Source: an uncultured Actinomycetes bacterium
GTDB lineage: Bacteria > Actinomycetota > Acidimicrobiia > Spongiisociales > ZC4RG35
Assembly: GCA_963730285.1 (NCBI GenBank)
Contig: CAVSQY010000014.1
Location: 11,992 to 75,991 of the forward strand
Reading direction: 5' to 3'
DNA length: 64,000 nucleotides
Below are positions 27,118 through 37,432 of the stretch, one piece after another (the stretch's first letter is position 1; every line of letters begins with the position of its first letter). A program made the translations under genes and the position numbers. The notes beneath the pieces were generated by a model. It was given only the letters and a program-made list of their open reading frames with translations, was not told the DNA's origin and made no database searches.

Positions 27118-27672
27118 ATGCGAAAGACCACGATTGCCGTGATGACTGCCCTGGCCGTGATGCTGGGGGCGGTCCCGGCTCTGGCCCACGACCACGGCCA
27201 TGAAGAGTGGCGCGACGTGAGACACGATCTGCGCCAGGCCTCCAAGGTGACAGCCAAGTATCACCGGGTGTCGAAGGCGATCCGGGACGGGTTTGGCCCA
27301 TTCGCCATACCCGAAGAGGATGGGGGGACCCTTCTCACCATCCGCGGCGAGGCGATTACCTGTTTCGACAGTCCCACCGGGGGGATGGGCGTCCACTATG
27401 TCCGTCACATCGATGGCACCGTGGACCCGGCGGACCCCGAGGCTCTCGTCTATGAGGTGGGCCGGCATGGGCGGCTCCGGCTGGTGGCCTTGGAGTACAT
27501 CATCCCCGAGGAGTTCGTCGATCCGGCAGACCCGCCGATGCTCTTCGGTCGGACGATGCACCACCACTCGTATCTGCCCGTCTTCATCCTCCACGTGTGG
27601 TTGTGGAAATGGAACCCATCGGGCCTGTTCGCCGACTTCAACCCGAGAGTAAAGGACTGTCCCGCGGCCTGA
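27118..27672 (+). CDS. Secreted hypothetical protein (His-rich N-terminus after signal peptide)
   Basis: Signal peptide MRKTTIAVMTALAVMLGAVPALAHDHGHEEW; 15 nt after the DUF4242 stop, likely co-transcribed. Confidence 0.6.
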   Translation: MRKTTIAVMTALAVMLGAVPALAHDHGHEEWRDVRHDLRQASKVTAKYHRVSKAIRDGFGPFAIPEEDGGTLLTIRGEAITCFDSPTGGMGVHYVRHIDGTVDPADPEALVYEVGRHGRLRLVALEYIIPEEFVDPADPPMLFGRTMHHHSYLPVFILHVWLWKWNPSGLFADFNPRVKDCPAA

Positions 27673-27761
27673 ACAGGGCGAGGCCGTCGACAAGAGAGGA
27701 GACCGGTCATCACCGGTCTCCTCTCGCGTGAAGATGGATCTTCAGATACCGTGGCTTTGAA

Positions 27762-28100
27762 TTGAGATTGCAGACCATCCTCTACTCGACGGCCACCGAG
27801 CAGGCTGTGGACTGGTACTCGAAGGTTCTCGGGACGGAACCGGCCTACCGATCCGACGTTTGGACGTCGTTCGAGGTCGGCGGCGCCCACCTGGCGATAC
27901 ATCATGTGGACGAACCGGCTGTCGGGTCCAGGGCCGAGCTCTCACTGGTCTCGGACACGCCCCTCGAAGCAGTGGTGGAGCGTCTCATTTCCTCGGGGAT
28001 CCACATCGAGAAGGGCATCCAGGAGGAGACCTTTGGTCGCTCGCTTCTGTTGAAGGATCCCGACGAGTACCCGGTCCAGATCAACGAGTACGCCGGCTGA
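27762..28100 (+). CDS. VOC (glyoxalase/bleomycin-resistance) family protein
   Basis: 112 aa; ...VDWYSKVLGTEPAYRSDVWTSFEVGGAHLAIHHVDEP... paired beta-alpha-beta-beta-beta module typical of VOC. Confidence 0.75.
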   Translation: MRLQTILYSTATEQAVDWYSKVLGTEPAYRSDVWTSFEVGGAHLAIHHVDEPAVGSRAELSLVSDTPLEAVVERLISSGIHIEKGIQEETFGRSLLLKDPDEYPVQINEYAG

Positions 28101-28258
28101 ACGAGTCGATCAGCGCAGACTGAGGACGGCTGGTCATCCTGGCCCTTCCGTGTCGAACTCATCGGAAGAACAAGGACTTTGGACCCTGGGAGAAGCTAGC
28201 TCAGCTGGATATGACTGATTCGTAGTGCTTTCTCGGGTGCATCGAATGCAGATGGGAG

Positions 28259-28909
28259 GTGGCGAAATTGACCGAGATGAAGGGCGTCGAACATGACTCG
28301 CTTCGGTTGCCTTGGATCGAGGTTGGGATCGGGGCAGGTCTGGTGGCCGTCGGTTCGTACACCTTCCTCGTGATCACGTCAGGTGGCATTCGGATGACCT
28401 TCGTGATCGCCTCCGTGTTCAGCGTGTCGCTCGGGTTGGCAAGTTTCGGTCTCTATCAGTTCCTGACCATTGAAAGACGGACGCTGGTGGCGCAAGTTGC
28501 AGCGGTGGCGACAGGTGTCGGGGCTGTGCTGTTCTTGGCGATGGCTTCGATCCAACTGGCCATCAAGAGCGATCTGGGAGGGGTTGATCCGGTCACCCTC
28601 GGCACGACGTTTGACCTGACCGAGCGGGTTCATCTGGGGCTCGATGTGGCATGGGACGTCTACTTCGCATTAGGAGTGGCGCTATTCGGAGTTTCCGCAT
28701 ACACACATCCACGGCTGGGAAGAGTCATTGGCGCAGTAGGAGTCTTGGTCGCGGTGGCTCTCGTTGCCCTGAACGTCGCCACGTTCCCCATTCCGCCCGC
28801 ATCCGCCGGATCTTTCGATCTAGGCCCTGCGGCAGGACTCTGGTACCTGGTGGTCACCATCCAAATCGCCAGGTCTCTCGATTGGGCGAAACAGAGACTG
28901 ATCCAATAG
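28259..28909 (+). CDS. Integral membrane protein, hypothetical (5-6 TM)
   Basis: Multiple long hydrophobic segments; no recognisable catalytic motif. Confidence 0.5.
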   Translation: MAKLTEMKGVEHDSLRLPWIEVGIGAGLVAVGSYTFLVITSGGIRMTFVIASVFSVSLGLASFGLYQFLTIERRTLVAQVAAVATGVGAVLFLAMASIQLAIKSDLGGVDPVTLGTTFDLTERVHLGLDVAWDVYFALGVALFGVSAYTHPRLGRVIGAVGVLVAVALVALNVATFPIPPASAGSFDLGPAAGLWYLVVTIQIARSLDWAKQRLIQ

Positions 28910-29100
28910 ACGCCGATCGCGATGCGTCACGGGTGATCATGGCGTCTGTTGACACCCTGGTCTGACTGGCACTGCCACGACCGCGAGCATCCTTGAAAGC
29001 AGGGCTTCCTCAGCCGATCAGGCAGAAAGTTCCAGTTCCAGGCGACACGGCTCCTCTCGCTTTGCCAGTATTGAGAATCTGGATCAAAGGGAGGTTATTT

Positions 29101-30315
29101 GTGAATTCGGCGCCAGCCGGTGTGCGAAATCTGTTCCGGGCGGCTCTTGTGATATTCATCATCACGGTGGTGATCGGGATCCTGAACGGGACCGACGTGT
29201 GGGATCCGCCCCGCAACACCCTTCTCGCCCATGTGCACGCCGGGACGCTGGGTTGGATCACTCTCTCGGTGTTCGGTGCGGCGATCTGGATGTTCGGCAA
29301 GCCCAACGATCCCAAGACCGGGAACATGGCGATGTACTGCATCGTGGCGTTGTCGCTGTATGTCCTCGCGTTTTGGTCCGGTGACATCTTCAATACCACA
29401 GAGAGCATCCAACGGCCCATCGGCGGCACACTTGCCTTCATCGCCATCACCTGGATGTTCGTCTGGGTGTTGAGAAGCAAGCAGGGCGAAAAGTGGAACG
29501 TTGCCGAATTCGGAATGGGCCTGGCTCTCTTCTTCCTCCTGATCGGGGCCGTCCTCGGTGTCCTCCTTGGCCTGCAGCTGGCCAATGTCGAGGTGGTGGC
29601 AGCGGAGAATGCCGGGCGTCTCGGCGACGCCCACCCGGCGGCCATGGTGATCGGCTACGTGGTGTTGGCGATGTTGGCTGTCATCGAGTGGCGGATCAGA
29701 GGTGAGTCGACACCCCTGATCGGCGATGCCAAGGCCGGTGTGGTCCAGATGGTGCTGATGTTCCTGGCCGGGTTGTTCGGGATGTTGGGATTCCTCCTCG
29801 ACACCCAGGGTCTTTTGATCGCCAACACGCCATTGCAGATAGCCGGGCTTCTCATATTCCTGTGGCGTCTGCGCAAGGAACTGGCACCGGCGCGGTGGCG
29901 AGGCGGAATCGAGGGGGTGATGTTGCGCACCGCCATCCTCGGGCTGGTCGCAGCCGTAGTTCTCACCGCCATCGTGGTGCAGAAGTTCGTTTCGGCCACC
30001 GGTGACGACGATGCGGTGTTCGCCCTCATCGAGCCCTATCTCCTGGCGCTGGACCACACCACCTTTATCCTGGTGGTGACCAATGTGATCTTCGCCATGC
30101 TGACGGTGGCCTCGGCGGTCCCGGACCTCTCGAGCAAGATCGTCTATTGGGGGATAAACGTCGGTGCCGTCGGGTTCGTGATCGGGCTCATCACCGAGAG
30201 CGCTCCGCTGAAGCGAACCTTCACCCCGATTCTCGGGCTGGCCCTGCTCTATGGGATCTATCTACATCTGACGGCCAAGCCGCGGGAGACCACGCAGGTG
30301 ATGGCGAGCGGGTAG
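29101..30315 (+). CDS. Polytopic integral membrane protein, hypothetical (~12 TM)
   Basis: GTG start with SD aaagggagg 7 nt upstream (the ORF-track start 28993 extends through an unlikely leader). Hydrophobic throughout. Confidence 0.55.
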   Translation: MNSAPAGVRNLFRAALVIFIITVVIGILNGTDVWDPPRNTLLAHVHAGTLGWITLSVFGAAIWMFGKPNDPKTGNMAMYCIVALSLYVLAFWSGDIFNTTESIQRPIGGTLAFIAITWMFVWVLRSKQGEKWNVAEFGMGLALFFLLIGAVLGVLLGLQLANVEVVAAENAGRLGDAHPAAMVIGYVVLAMLAVIEWRIRGESTPLIGDAKAGVVQMVLMFLAGLFGMLGFLLDTQGLLIANTPLQIAGLLIFLWRLRKELAPARWRGGIEGVMLRTAILGLVAAVVLTAIVVQKFVSATGDDDAVFALIEPYLLALDHTTFILVVTNVIFAMLTVASAVPDLSSKIVYWGINVGAVGFVIGLITESAPLKRTFTPILGLALLYGIYLHLTAKPRETTQVMASG

Positions 30316-30322
30316 CGGTCGA

Positions 30323-31813
30323 TCAGGTCGCGATGGGCAGGGAAAGCTCAAAGATGCTCTTGCCGTCTTCGTAGTTGTAGGTGAGGTCTCCGTCCATCAA
30401 GGATGCGAGCTTCCGCGAGACGGTGAGCCCGAGCCCGATGGATGCGGCCAGTCTCTCCCTGTTCGAGGCCCGCTGATATGGCTCGAATATGGTGCCTTGG
30501 TCGTCGAGCGGTATGCCCTCCCCATCGTCGACAACCGCAACACAGGCCAGAGGCCCGCAGTCGTAGGTCCGCACTTCGACGGTGTCGCCTCCATAGCGGA
30601 AGGCATTGGAGATCAGGTTGCGCAGGACCTGGCGAACCCGGGCGGGATCACCCATCCCGCGGATCGACGGCCCGCTGAGCACTACCCGTCCGCCCTCGCC
30701 GTTTTCGCCCAGGGCCTCGACTACCTGTGCCGACTGGGCCCGGAGGTCAACCGATACCTTGGCCACCTTGAGCGTCTCGTTGTCGGCCCGCGCCGCCACC
30801 AGCAAGTCCTCGACGATGTTGGTCAGGTCGGCGGTTTGATCGGCGATGCTCGTGACGATCTCGACTTGCTCGGCGGGCGACAGGGATGGGAGCTCGCTCC
30901 GCATCAGCTGGGCGAATCCCAGCACTGCGGTGAGTGGTATCCGCAGCTCGTGGGACACCGATGCGATCAGCTGATCTTTCGAGTCGAGCATCCCGCGAAG
31001 CTGGTCTTGAGCCTCGACCTGCTCGGTGATGTCGACCACATTCGCCACCAGATGGAGAGGCTTGCCTTCGGAGTCCCGCACCAGGGCGGTTGAGATGATC
31101 CCGTATGAGGTCGAACCGTCGCGGCGGAGATAGTGGAGTTTGGCTTCCGCCGAGGCCACCTCCCCATTGGCGACCTGGCGAAAGCGGGTCATGCTCTCCT
31201 CGCGGTCGTCGGGCGCTACCACCTCGAGAATGGTTCGACCCTCGATCTCCGCTTCGGTGTAACCGAGCATGTTGCAGCCAGCCGCGTTCACCCGGAGGAA
31301 TCGCCCGTCCGTGGGGCTCACCAGGGCCATTCCCGAGGCGGCCGACTCGAAGGCGAGGCGGAACCTTTCCTCACTGGTGGCGACGGCTTCCTCTGCGCGC
31401 TTTTGGCCGGTGATGTCCTGCATCTGCACCACGAAATGTTGAATTTCTTCCTCGGGATCCACAACGGGGGCAACATTGATTCGGGCCCAGACGATGCTGC
31501 CGTCGCTGTGGAGATACCGCTTCTCCCAGTTGGCCACTGGTGTCTCGCCGTCGAGGAGAGCTCGTAGCCATTCTTCACTCTGGGCCATGTCGACTGGGTG
31601 GGTGATATCGGCGAAGTGCCGGCCGTCGAGCGCACCGGGCTCGCGACCCAGCATCATGTTGAGAGATCGGTTGGTTGCAATGAAGTCGCCCTCGCGGGAG
31701 GTGACAGCCATCGCTACCGAGGCGTGCTCAAAGATGGCGCGAAAGTGCCGATCGGAGTCCCACATGGGGTTTGTTTGAGAGTTGTCCTGGTTGTTGCGAG
31801 TGCTCATCGGCAA
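30323..31813 (-). CDS. Cytoplasmic PAS-PAS sensor histidine kinase (orphan)
   Basis: Two PAS modules (RAIFEHASVAMAVTSREGDFIATNRSLNMMLG...; RFRLAFESAASGMALVSPTDGRFLRVNAAGCNMLGY...), H-box DQLIASVSHELRIPLTAVLGFAQLM, HATPase GDPARVRQVLRNLISNAFRYGG...GLGLTVSRKLASLMDGDL. Confidence 0.85.
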   Translation of the reverse strand: MPMSTRNNQDNSQTNPMWDSDRHFRAIFEHASVAMAVTSREGDFIATNRSLNMMLGREPGALDGRHFADITHPVDMAQSEEWLRALLDGETPVANWEKRYLHSDGSIVWARINVAPVVDPEEEIQHFVVQMQDITGQKRAEEAVATSEERFRLAFESAASGMALVSPTDGRFLRVNAAGCNMLGYTEAEIEGRTILEVVAPDDREESMTRFRQVANGEVASAEAKLHYLRRDGSTSYGIISTALVRDSEGKPLHLVANVVDITEQVEAQDQLRGMLDSKDQLIASVSHELRIPLTAVLGFAQLMRSELPSLSPAEQVEIVTSIADQTADLTNIVEDLLVAARADNETLKVAKVSVDLRAQSAQVVEALGENGEGGRVVLSGPSIRGMGDPARVRQVLRNLISNAFRYGGDTVEVRTYDCGPLACVAVVDDGEGIPLDDQGTIFEPYQRASNRERLAASIGLGLTVSRKLASLMDGDLTYNYEDGKSIFELSLPIAT

Positions 31814-31946
31814 CGTCCCTAGACCGACGGGGGCATGTTAGGGATGATCGGCAAGGGTTGTGGGGTACTGGAGACTTCCATCTGGGTGGGGTATTGACAC
31901 ATCGACTGCTCTCTGGCATGATTCGGTCGATCGACCGATTAGCGAG

Positions 31947-32546
31947 ATGGAGCCAACATTGACCGTCGAGACGGAAACCAGAGCCACCATCCTCGAGGCC
32001 GCCAAACAGGCCCTGTTGGCATCCGGTTTCTCCGGATTGTCCACCCGAAAGATCGCCGAGGAAGCCGGGGTGCCATTGAGCCAGATCCACTACCACTTCG
32101 GCTCAAAGCAAGGTTTGGTCCTGGAAGTGCTGGCTGAGGAGAACCGTCGGCTGCTGCGGAGACAGCGAGATCTCTATTCCGCCGAGATGCCCCTGTGGAA
32201 ACAGTGGGAGCAGGCCTGCGACTACCTGGAGGACGATCTCGAGTCCGGCTATGTCCGTGTCCTTCAGGAAATGATGGCTGCGGGGTGGTCGAACCCGGAG
32301 ATCGCCACCGTGGTCAAGGCGATGTTGAGCCAATGGTTCAAAGTGCTTCGAGACGTGGCCGCCGGCGCCGCCGGAGGAATCGGGGGTCTCGGGCCTTTCA
32401 CGCCCGCCGAGGCGAGTGTGATCGCCGGCTCTCCATTCCTTGGCGTCGAAAGCATGATCCTCCTCGGGTTCAGCGAGGCCGAGCTTCCGGTTCGGTCCGC
32501 CCTTCGCAAGTTCGGCGACCTCCTCCGGACGATGGAAGCGGAATGA
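31947..32546 (+). CDS. TetR-family transcriptional regulator
   Basis: HTH TRATILEAAKQALLASGFSGLSTRKIAEEAGVPLSQIHYHFGSKQGLVLEVL; ATGA overlap with the downstream hydrolase. Confidence 0.8.
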   Translation: MEPTLTVETETRATILEAAKQALLASGFSGLSTRKIAEEAGVPLSQIHYHFGSKQGLVLEVLAEENRRLLRRQRDLYSAEMPLWKQWEQACDYLEDDLESGYVRVLQEMMAAGWSNPEIATVVKAMLSQWFKVLRDVAAGAAGGIGGLGPFTPAEASVIAGSPFLGVESMILLGFSEAELPVRSALRKFGDLLRTMEAE

Positions 32547-33412
32547 GGGCAGTGCTGCCCACTCGGGCCTCCCATGTCGTGCGCGATGGTGTCAGCCTCG
32601 GTTACGAGACATTCGGTGAGGGGGATCGAACCATCCTCCTCCTCCCCACCTGGACCATCATTCACTCTCGATTCTGGAAGATGCAGGTTGCCTTTCTGTC
32701 CCGGCACTATCACGTGGTCACATATGACGGCCCAGGCAACGGCCGCTCGGATCGGACCACCGACCCCGACCGATACACGGCCGACGCATATGCCGACGAT
32801 GCGGTCGCCGTTCTCGATGCCTGCGGAGTCGAGCAGGCTGTGGTGGTCGGTCTCTCGCTGGGGGCGCAATATGGCACACGTCTCGCCGCCCGATATCCGA
32901 CCCGGGTGATTGGCCTGGCGCTGATCGGCTCGTCACTCCCCCTGGTCCCCCTACCCCCGGAAAGGGCCGGTATCCCGGCAAGCTTCCTCCAGCCATATCC
33001 CGAGGATCCGCAGGGATGGGAGAAGTACAACCTGGCCTATTGGCACGCCGATCACCGGGACTTCGTCGAATTCTTCTTTGGCCGGGTGTTTTCCGAGCCT
33101 CATTCCACCAAGCCGATCGAGGACGCGGTCGGTTGGGCGTTGGAGTCCGGGCCCGAGATACTCGAAGCGGAATCGTACGCACGCGAACTCGAGTTGACCG
33201 GTCCCGAGATCTTCGATCCGGTCAGGTGTCCGGTCATGGTCATACACGGGACCGAAGATCAGATCCAGTCCCATGAGGTCGGCGTGGAGGCCGCTCGTTG
33301 GAGCGGCGGCACCCTGGTATCGCTGGCGGGCTCCGGTCACCTGCCCAATGTCAGGGACCCGGTCAAGGTGAATCTGGCACTCCGCCAGTTCGTGGAGGGG
33401 CTGAAGGCATGA
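32543..33412 (+). CDS. Alpha/beta-hydrolase fold protein (289 aa)
   Basis: MRAVLPTRASHVVRDGVSLGYETFGEGDRTILLLPTWTIIHSRFWK..., nucleophile elbow VVVGLSLGAQYG (GxSxG), C-terminal ...SGHLPNVRDP. Start overlaps the TetR stop (ATGA 32543-32546). Confidence 0.8.
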   Translation: MRAVLPTRASHVVRDGVSLGYETFGEGDRTILLLPTWTIIHSRFWKMQVAFLSRHYHVVTYDGPGNGRSDRTTDPDRYTADAYADDAVAVLDACGVEQAVVVGLSLGAQYGTRLAARYPTRVIGLALIGSSLPLVPLPPERAGIPASFLQPYPEDPQGWEKYNLAYWHADHRDFVEFFFGRVFSEPHSTKPIEDAVGWALESGPEILEAESYARELELTGPEIFDPVRCPVMVIHGTEDQIQSHEVGVEAARWSGGTLVSLAGSGHLPNVRDPVKVNLALRQFVEGLKA

Positions 33413-35530
33413 GGGCGCGCGAGCCCGATCAGTCGGGAACACTCGATCGCGATGGGGTGAAGATCCATTACGAGGTGTTTGGCGAGGGGGACACCACCAT
33501 CGCGCTCGATACCACCTTCTCCGATCACCCATTCGAGGATCTGGAAGGGTCTCATCCCGTATCTCTCCCGTGACCATCGAGTTGTCACCCTCGATGGGAG
33601 AGGTAGCGGCAAGTCAGGCCGGCCGAGCACTGTGGCCGCTCACATCTCAGCCGAGAACGTGGCCGATATCCTGGCGGTCCTCGATGAAGTCGAGGTTTCG
33701 CGCGCAGTGCTCGTGGCCCACTGTCACGCCTGCTGGTGGGCGCTCGAGCTTGCCACCAAGCATCCTGAGCGAGTCGACGCTCTGGTGGCCGTCGCCCCAG
33801 GTATTCCGTATCTGGCCAAGTCGCAGCCGCATTGGGTGGAGACCGCCCCTCGCTGGGACGAGATCGTCGAGAGCCCGGTCGGCTGGGAGCTGAACAATCG
33901 GCACACGATCACGACGCGGCATCGTGAGTGGATCGAGTTCTTCTTCGGGGAGCAACTGGTGGAGCCGCACTCGACCAAGCAGTACGAGGATGCCGTCTCG
34001 TGGGCGATGGAATCCAACGGCGAGATCCTGGCCGCTGCCGATGAGGGCATCGAGACCGATCTCCCCGATTCCGAGGCCGTTGAGGAGATGTGCCGGGCGT
34101 TGCCCGTGTCCACGCTGACAATTCATGGCGACGCAGACATCTGCCAACACGTGGACCGGGGTCGGGAATTTGCCCGGCTCACCGGTGGAGAACTGCTCGT
34201 CATCGAGGGCGCCGGCCACCTCACACCGGCTCGCGAGCCGGTCAGGGTGAACCGGGCGATCAGAGAATTTGTCGACAAATTGAGAGGTGTTCCGATGGTT
34301 GATCACGTTTGGCCACGTGCCATGAGTCGTAGGAAGAAGGTGCTCTATCTCTCGTCGCCGATTGGTCTCGGTCACGCCCGACGTGATCTGGCGGTGGCAC
34401 AGGAGTTGAGACGAATCGATCCGGACCTCGAGATCGATTGGCTGGCTCAACACCCGGTCACGATGGTGCTGGAGCAAGCCGGTGAATCCGTGCATCCCGC
34501 TAGCGCCTGGCTCGCCTCCGAGTCGGGCCACATCGCTTCGGAGGCGTCCGGTCATGATCTGCATTGCTTTCAAGCGTTGCGGCGCATGGATGAGATCCTG
34601 CTGGCTAACTTCATGTTGTTCCAAGAAGTGGTCGAAGAGTCCCAATACGACCTCATAGTGGGGGATGAGGCCTGGGAGGTCGACTACTACTGGCACGAGA
34701 ACCCCGAGTTGAAGCGGGGCTCGCATGTGTGGATGACCGACTTCGTCGGCTACCTCCCTATGCCCGACGGTGGGGGCCACGAGGCATTTCTGACTGCCGA
34801 TTACAACGCGGAGATGATCGAGCACATCGCCCGTTTCCCCCGGATCCGCGACAGGGCCATCTTCGTCGGGAACGCCAACGACATCTATCCGGATGTCTTC
34901 GGCCCGACTCTCCCCAAGATCCGGGACTGGACCGAGGATCACTTCGAATTCTCGGGCTACATCACTGGGTTCACGCCGCCCACCGAGGATGAGATCGACG
35001 AGTGGCGGGCGGCGTTGGGCTACATGCCCGACGAGAAGGTTTGCGTCGTCACGGTAGGTGGTTCCGGTGTAGGGCGCGACCTCCTCGAGAAGGTGATCGC
35101 GGCCTTCCCCATGGTCAAGGCGAGGATCCCTGAACTCAGGATGGTCGCGGTTGCCGGCCCACGCATCGAGCCGAAGAATCTCCCCACCCATCCCGGTCTC
35201 GAGGTGAGGGGATATGTGGACGAGCTCTATCGACATCTGTCCGTATGTGACCTTGCTGTGGTCCAAGGTGGGCTCACGACCACGATGGAGCTCACCGCAT
35301 CCAAGAGACCCTTCATGTACTTCCCACTCCGCAATCACTTCGAGCAGAACTTCCATGTCCGCCATCGTCTCGATCAGTACGGGGCGGGACGACACATGGA
35401 CTATGCCGCCACCGATCCCGATGCGATCGCCACCGAGATCGAGGACCTGCTGGGTCGTCCAGTCCAATATCACGATGTCGAAGCCGACGGCGCCGCTCGC
35501 GCCGCCCGGATGATCGCCGAGCTCATCTAG
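33409..35530 (+). CDS. Second alpha/beta-hydrolase paralogue with an apparent +1 frameshift near codon ~37, continuing without a stop into a GT1/MGT-type glycosyltransferase domain (fusion or lost stop)
   Basis: Frame A from ATG 33409 (ATGA overlap with hydrolase 1): MRAREPDQSGTLDRDGVKIHYEVFGEGDTTIAL then goes out of register and stops at 33573. Frame B (the 33479 ORF): ...IPPSPITHSRIWKGLIPYLSRDHRVVTLDGRGSGKS...HCHACWW... aligns with hydrolase 1 (LLLPTWTIIHSRFWK...). Deleting one nt near 33515-33520 restores IAL-IPPSPITHSRIWK. After ...AREPVRVNRAIREFVDKLRGV the frame continues into a GT-B glycosyltransferase (KKVLYLSSPIGLGHARRDLAVAQEL ... GGLTTTMELTASKRPFMYFPL). Confidence 0.5.
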
Positions 35531-35628
35531 CGCCAACCGAAAGGGGTCTCATAGGAAACAGACATGTCCATCGAATCGGTCGAACGACCGAACGAAACCG
35601 GATCACCCAACCAAGCAAAGGAGCAAAG

Positions 35629-36192
35629 ATGCCTATCACCAGAGAGAAGAGAAACGGTGTCAACGTCGAAGGCCTGTTCGGGGCCCTAGACGCCGTCAAG
35701 GCCCAGCCGGAGGCGGCAAAGTTTCAGTTCAGGGCCACCAACCATTGGATAAGCGGCACCCATAGCAAGAGTCGCATCCATGACTTCTTCGGTCTCGGAG
35801 CCGAGCAGACCCACCGGGAGCCGCGCACTTTCGAGGCCGACCATCCCGAGCAACTGGTCGCGACGGACCAGGCGCCGGCGCCGGTCGAGTTCCTGCTCCA
35901 TGCCCTGGCCGCCTGCATCACCGCGGGTATCGGCAATGTTGCGGCGGCCCGCGATATCGAGCTGACCCGGGTCGAGTCCAGCGTGAGCGGCGACATCGAC
36001 CTGGTCGGTCTCCTCGGTCTCGACGACAGGGTCCGCAACGGCTATCAGGGCATGCGGGTCAGCATCGCCATCGAGGGCGACGCCTCCGCGGAGGACCTAC
36101 GCCGGGTGGTGGAGCGCTCGATAGCTCGCTCTGCCGTCTTCGACGTCCTTGCCAACGGCACTTCCGTCTCGGTCGAGATCGAAGCCGGCTGA
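35629..36192 (+). CDS. OsmC/Ohr family peroxiredoxin-like protein
   Basis: SD aaaggag; ...VEFLLHALAACITAGIGNVAAARDIEL...RVVERSIARSAVFDVL typical OsmC fold with conserved Cys. Confidence 0.8.
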   Translation: MPITREKRNGVNVEGLFGALDAVKAQPEAAKFQFRATNHWISGTHSKSRIHDFFGLGAEQTHREPRTFEADHPEQLVATDQAPAPVEFLLHALAACITAGIGNVAAARDIELTRVESSVSGDIDLVGLLGLDDRVRNGYQGMRVSIAIEGDASAEDLRRVVERSIARSAVFDVLANGTSVSVEIEAG

Positions 36193-36250
36193 ATGCCCGA
36201 CGGTGTGATCGGGGGATCCCCCGATCACACCACCGAACCTGGAGTGAATC

Positions 36251-37423
36251 ATGAGTGACTATTTCGATGTGATCGTGGTGGGGGCACGAGTGGCCGGCGC
36301 TTCGACGGCGATGCTCCTGGCCCAGCAAGGCCACCATGTGCTGGTGATGGATCGGGCGCCCATGCCATCTGACACTGTCTCGACACACGCCATGCTGCGC
36401 ACCGGTGTCCTTCAGCTTTCCCGATGGGGGCTGCTGGACCGGGTGATCGACTCCGGCGCCGCGCCGATTCGAGAGATAACCCTGGGCTTCGGCAGAGAGC
36501 GAATTTCTTTCGAGGTGCGCTCCAGTCATGGGATCGACACCCTCTATGCGCCGCGTCGTGTCGTCCTGGACCGGATCCTGCTCGAAGCGGCCCAGTCGTC
36601 CGGTGCCGAGTTCTTCGGAGAGACTCGGCTGACTGGTGTCCGGCGAGATGAGGATGGCAACATCTGTGGTGTGGCGGCGGAGCGATCTGGCGAGGTTCTG
36701 GAGCTCGATGCACGGATGGTGATCGGCGCCGACGGCGTATGGTCCCGGGTGGCGAACCTCGTTCAGGCGCCGATTCAACGCGGCCACCGGCCCACCAATG
36801 CGGTCCACTATGCGTATTACCGTGACGTTCGGCAGCGCGGCTTCTGGTTTCAGTTCACACCCGGCGTCAATGCCGGGATCATTCCCACCAATGATGACCT
36901 CTGCTGTGTCTTCGTTGGGCGACCTAGCCGCGAGGTTGCGGCCTTCCGGGCCGACCCAGAGGCGGAGTTTCATCGTCTTCTGAGAATGGCGGGGTCCGAC
37001 CTGGCCGAACGTGTCTCGGCCGGATCGAGAGTCAGTCAGTTCCGCGGGACCAAAGGACTACCCGGGCAGATACGAAAGCCGTTTGGTCCCACTTGGGCAC
37101 TCGTCGGGGACGCCGGATATACCAAAGACCCCATCTCAGCTCATGGGATCAGTGATGCATTGAGAGATGCCGAATTGTGCGCCCGGGCAGTGGATCGGGC
37201 GATCAGGCGTCCAGAGGAGGCCGTCGAAGCGATGAGTGAGTATCAGCAGATTCGCGATGAGCTTTCGTCGGTCATGTTCGGCGAGTCGGAGGCACTTGCC
37301 GCCTATCACTGGGAGGCCGATGAGGCATCCGCCCGGATGCGGCTGATCAGCCAGGCGGTCCGCGAAGAGTGCGATGCCCTGATGTCATTGCCCGAACGGT
37401 CGACCACAGTTGCCCGAGTCTGA
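36251..37423 (+). CDS. FAD-dependent oxidoreductase / flavin monooxygenase family
   Basis: Rossmann GxGxxG DVIVVGARVAGASTAMLLAQQGHHVLVMDR; GD motif LVGDAGYTKDPISAHGISDALRDAE. Confidence 0.8.
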   Translation: MSDYFDVIVVGARVAGASTAMLLAQQGHHVLVMDRAPMPSDTVSTHAMLRTGVLQLSRWGLLDRVIDSGAAPIREITLGFGRERISFEVRSSHGIDTLYAPRRVVLDRILLEAAQSSGAEFFGETRLTGVRRDEDGNICGVAAERSGEVLELDARMVIGADGVWSRVANLVQAPIQRGHRPTNAVHYAYYRDVRQRGFWFQFTPGVNAGIIPTNDDLCCVFVGRPSREVAAFRADPEAEFHRLLRMAGSDLAERVSAGSRVSQFRGTKGLPGQIRKPFGPTWALVGDAGYTKDPISAHGISDALRDAELCARAVDRAIRRPEEAVEAMSEYQQIRDELSSVMFGESEALAAYHWEADEASARMRLISQAVREECDALMSLPERSTTVARV

Positions 37424-37432
37424 AGATTCCAA

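Noticed and set aside
33647-35536. 629-aa reverse-strand ORF
   Set aside because: Antisense to the hydrolase/GT1 reading frame, which has clear GT-B and alpha/beta-hydrolase motifs; high-GC artefact.
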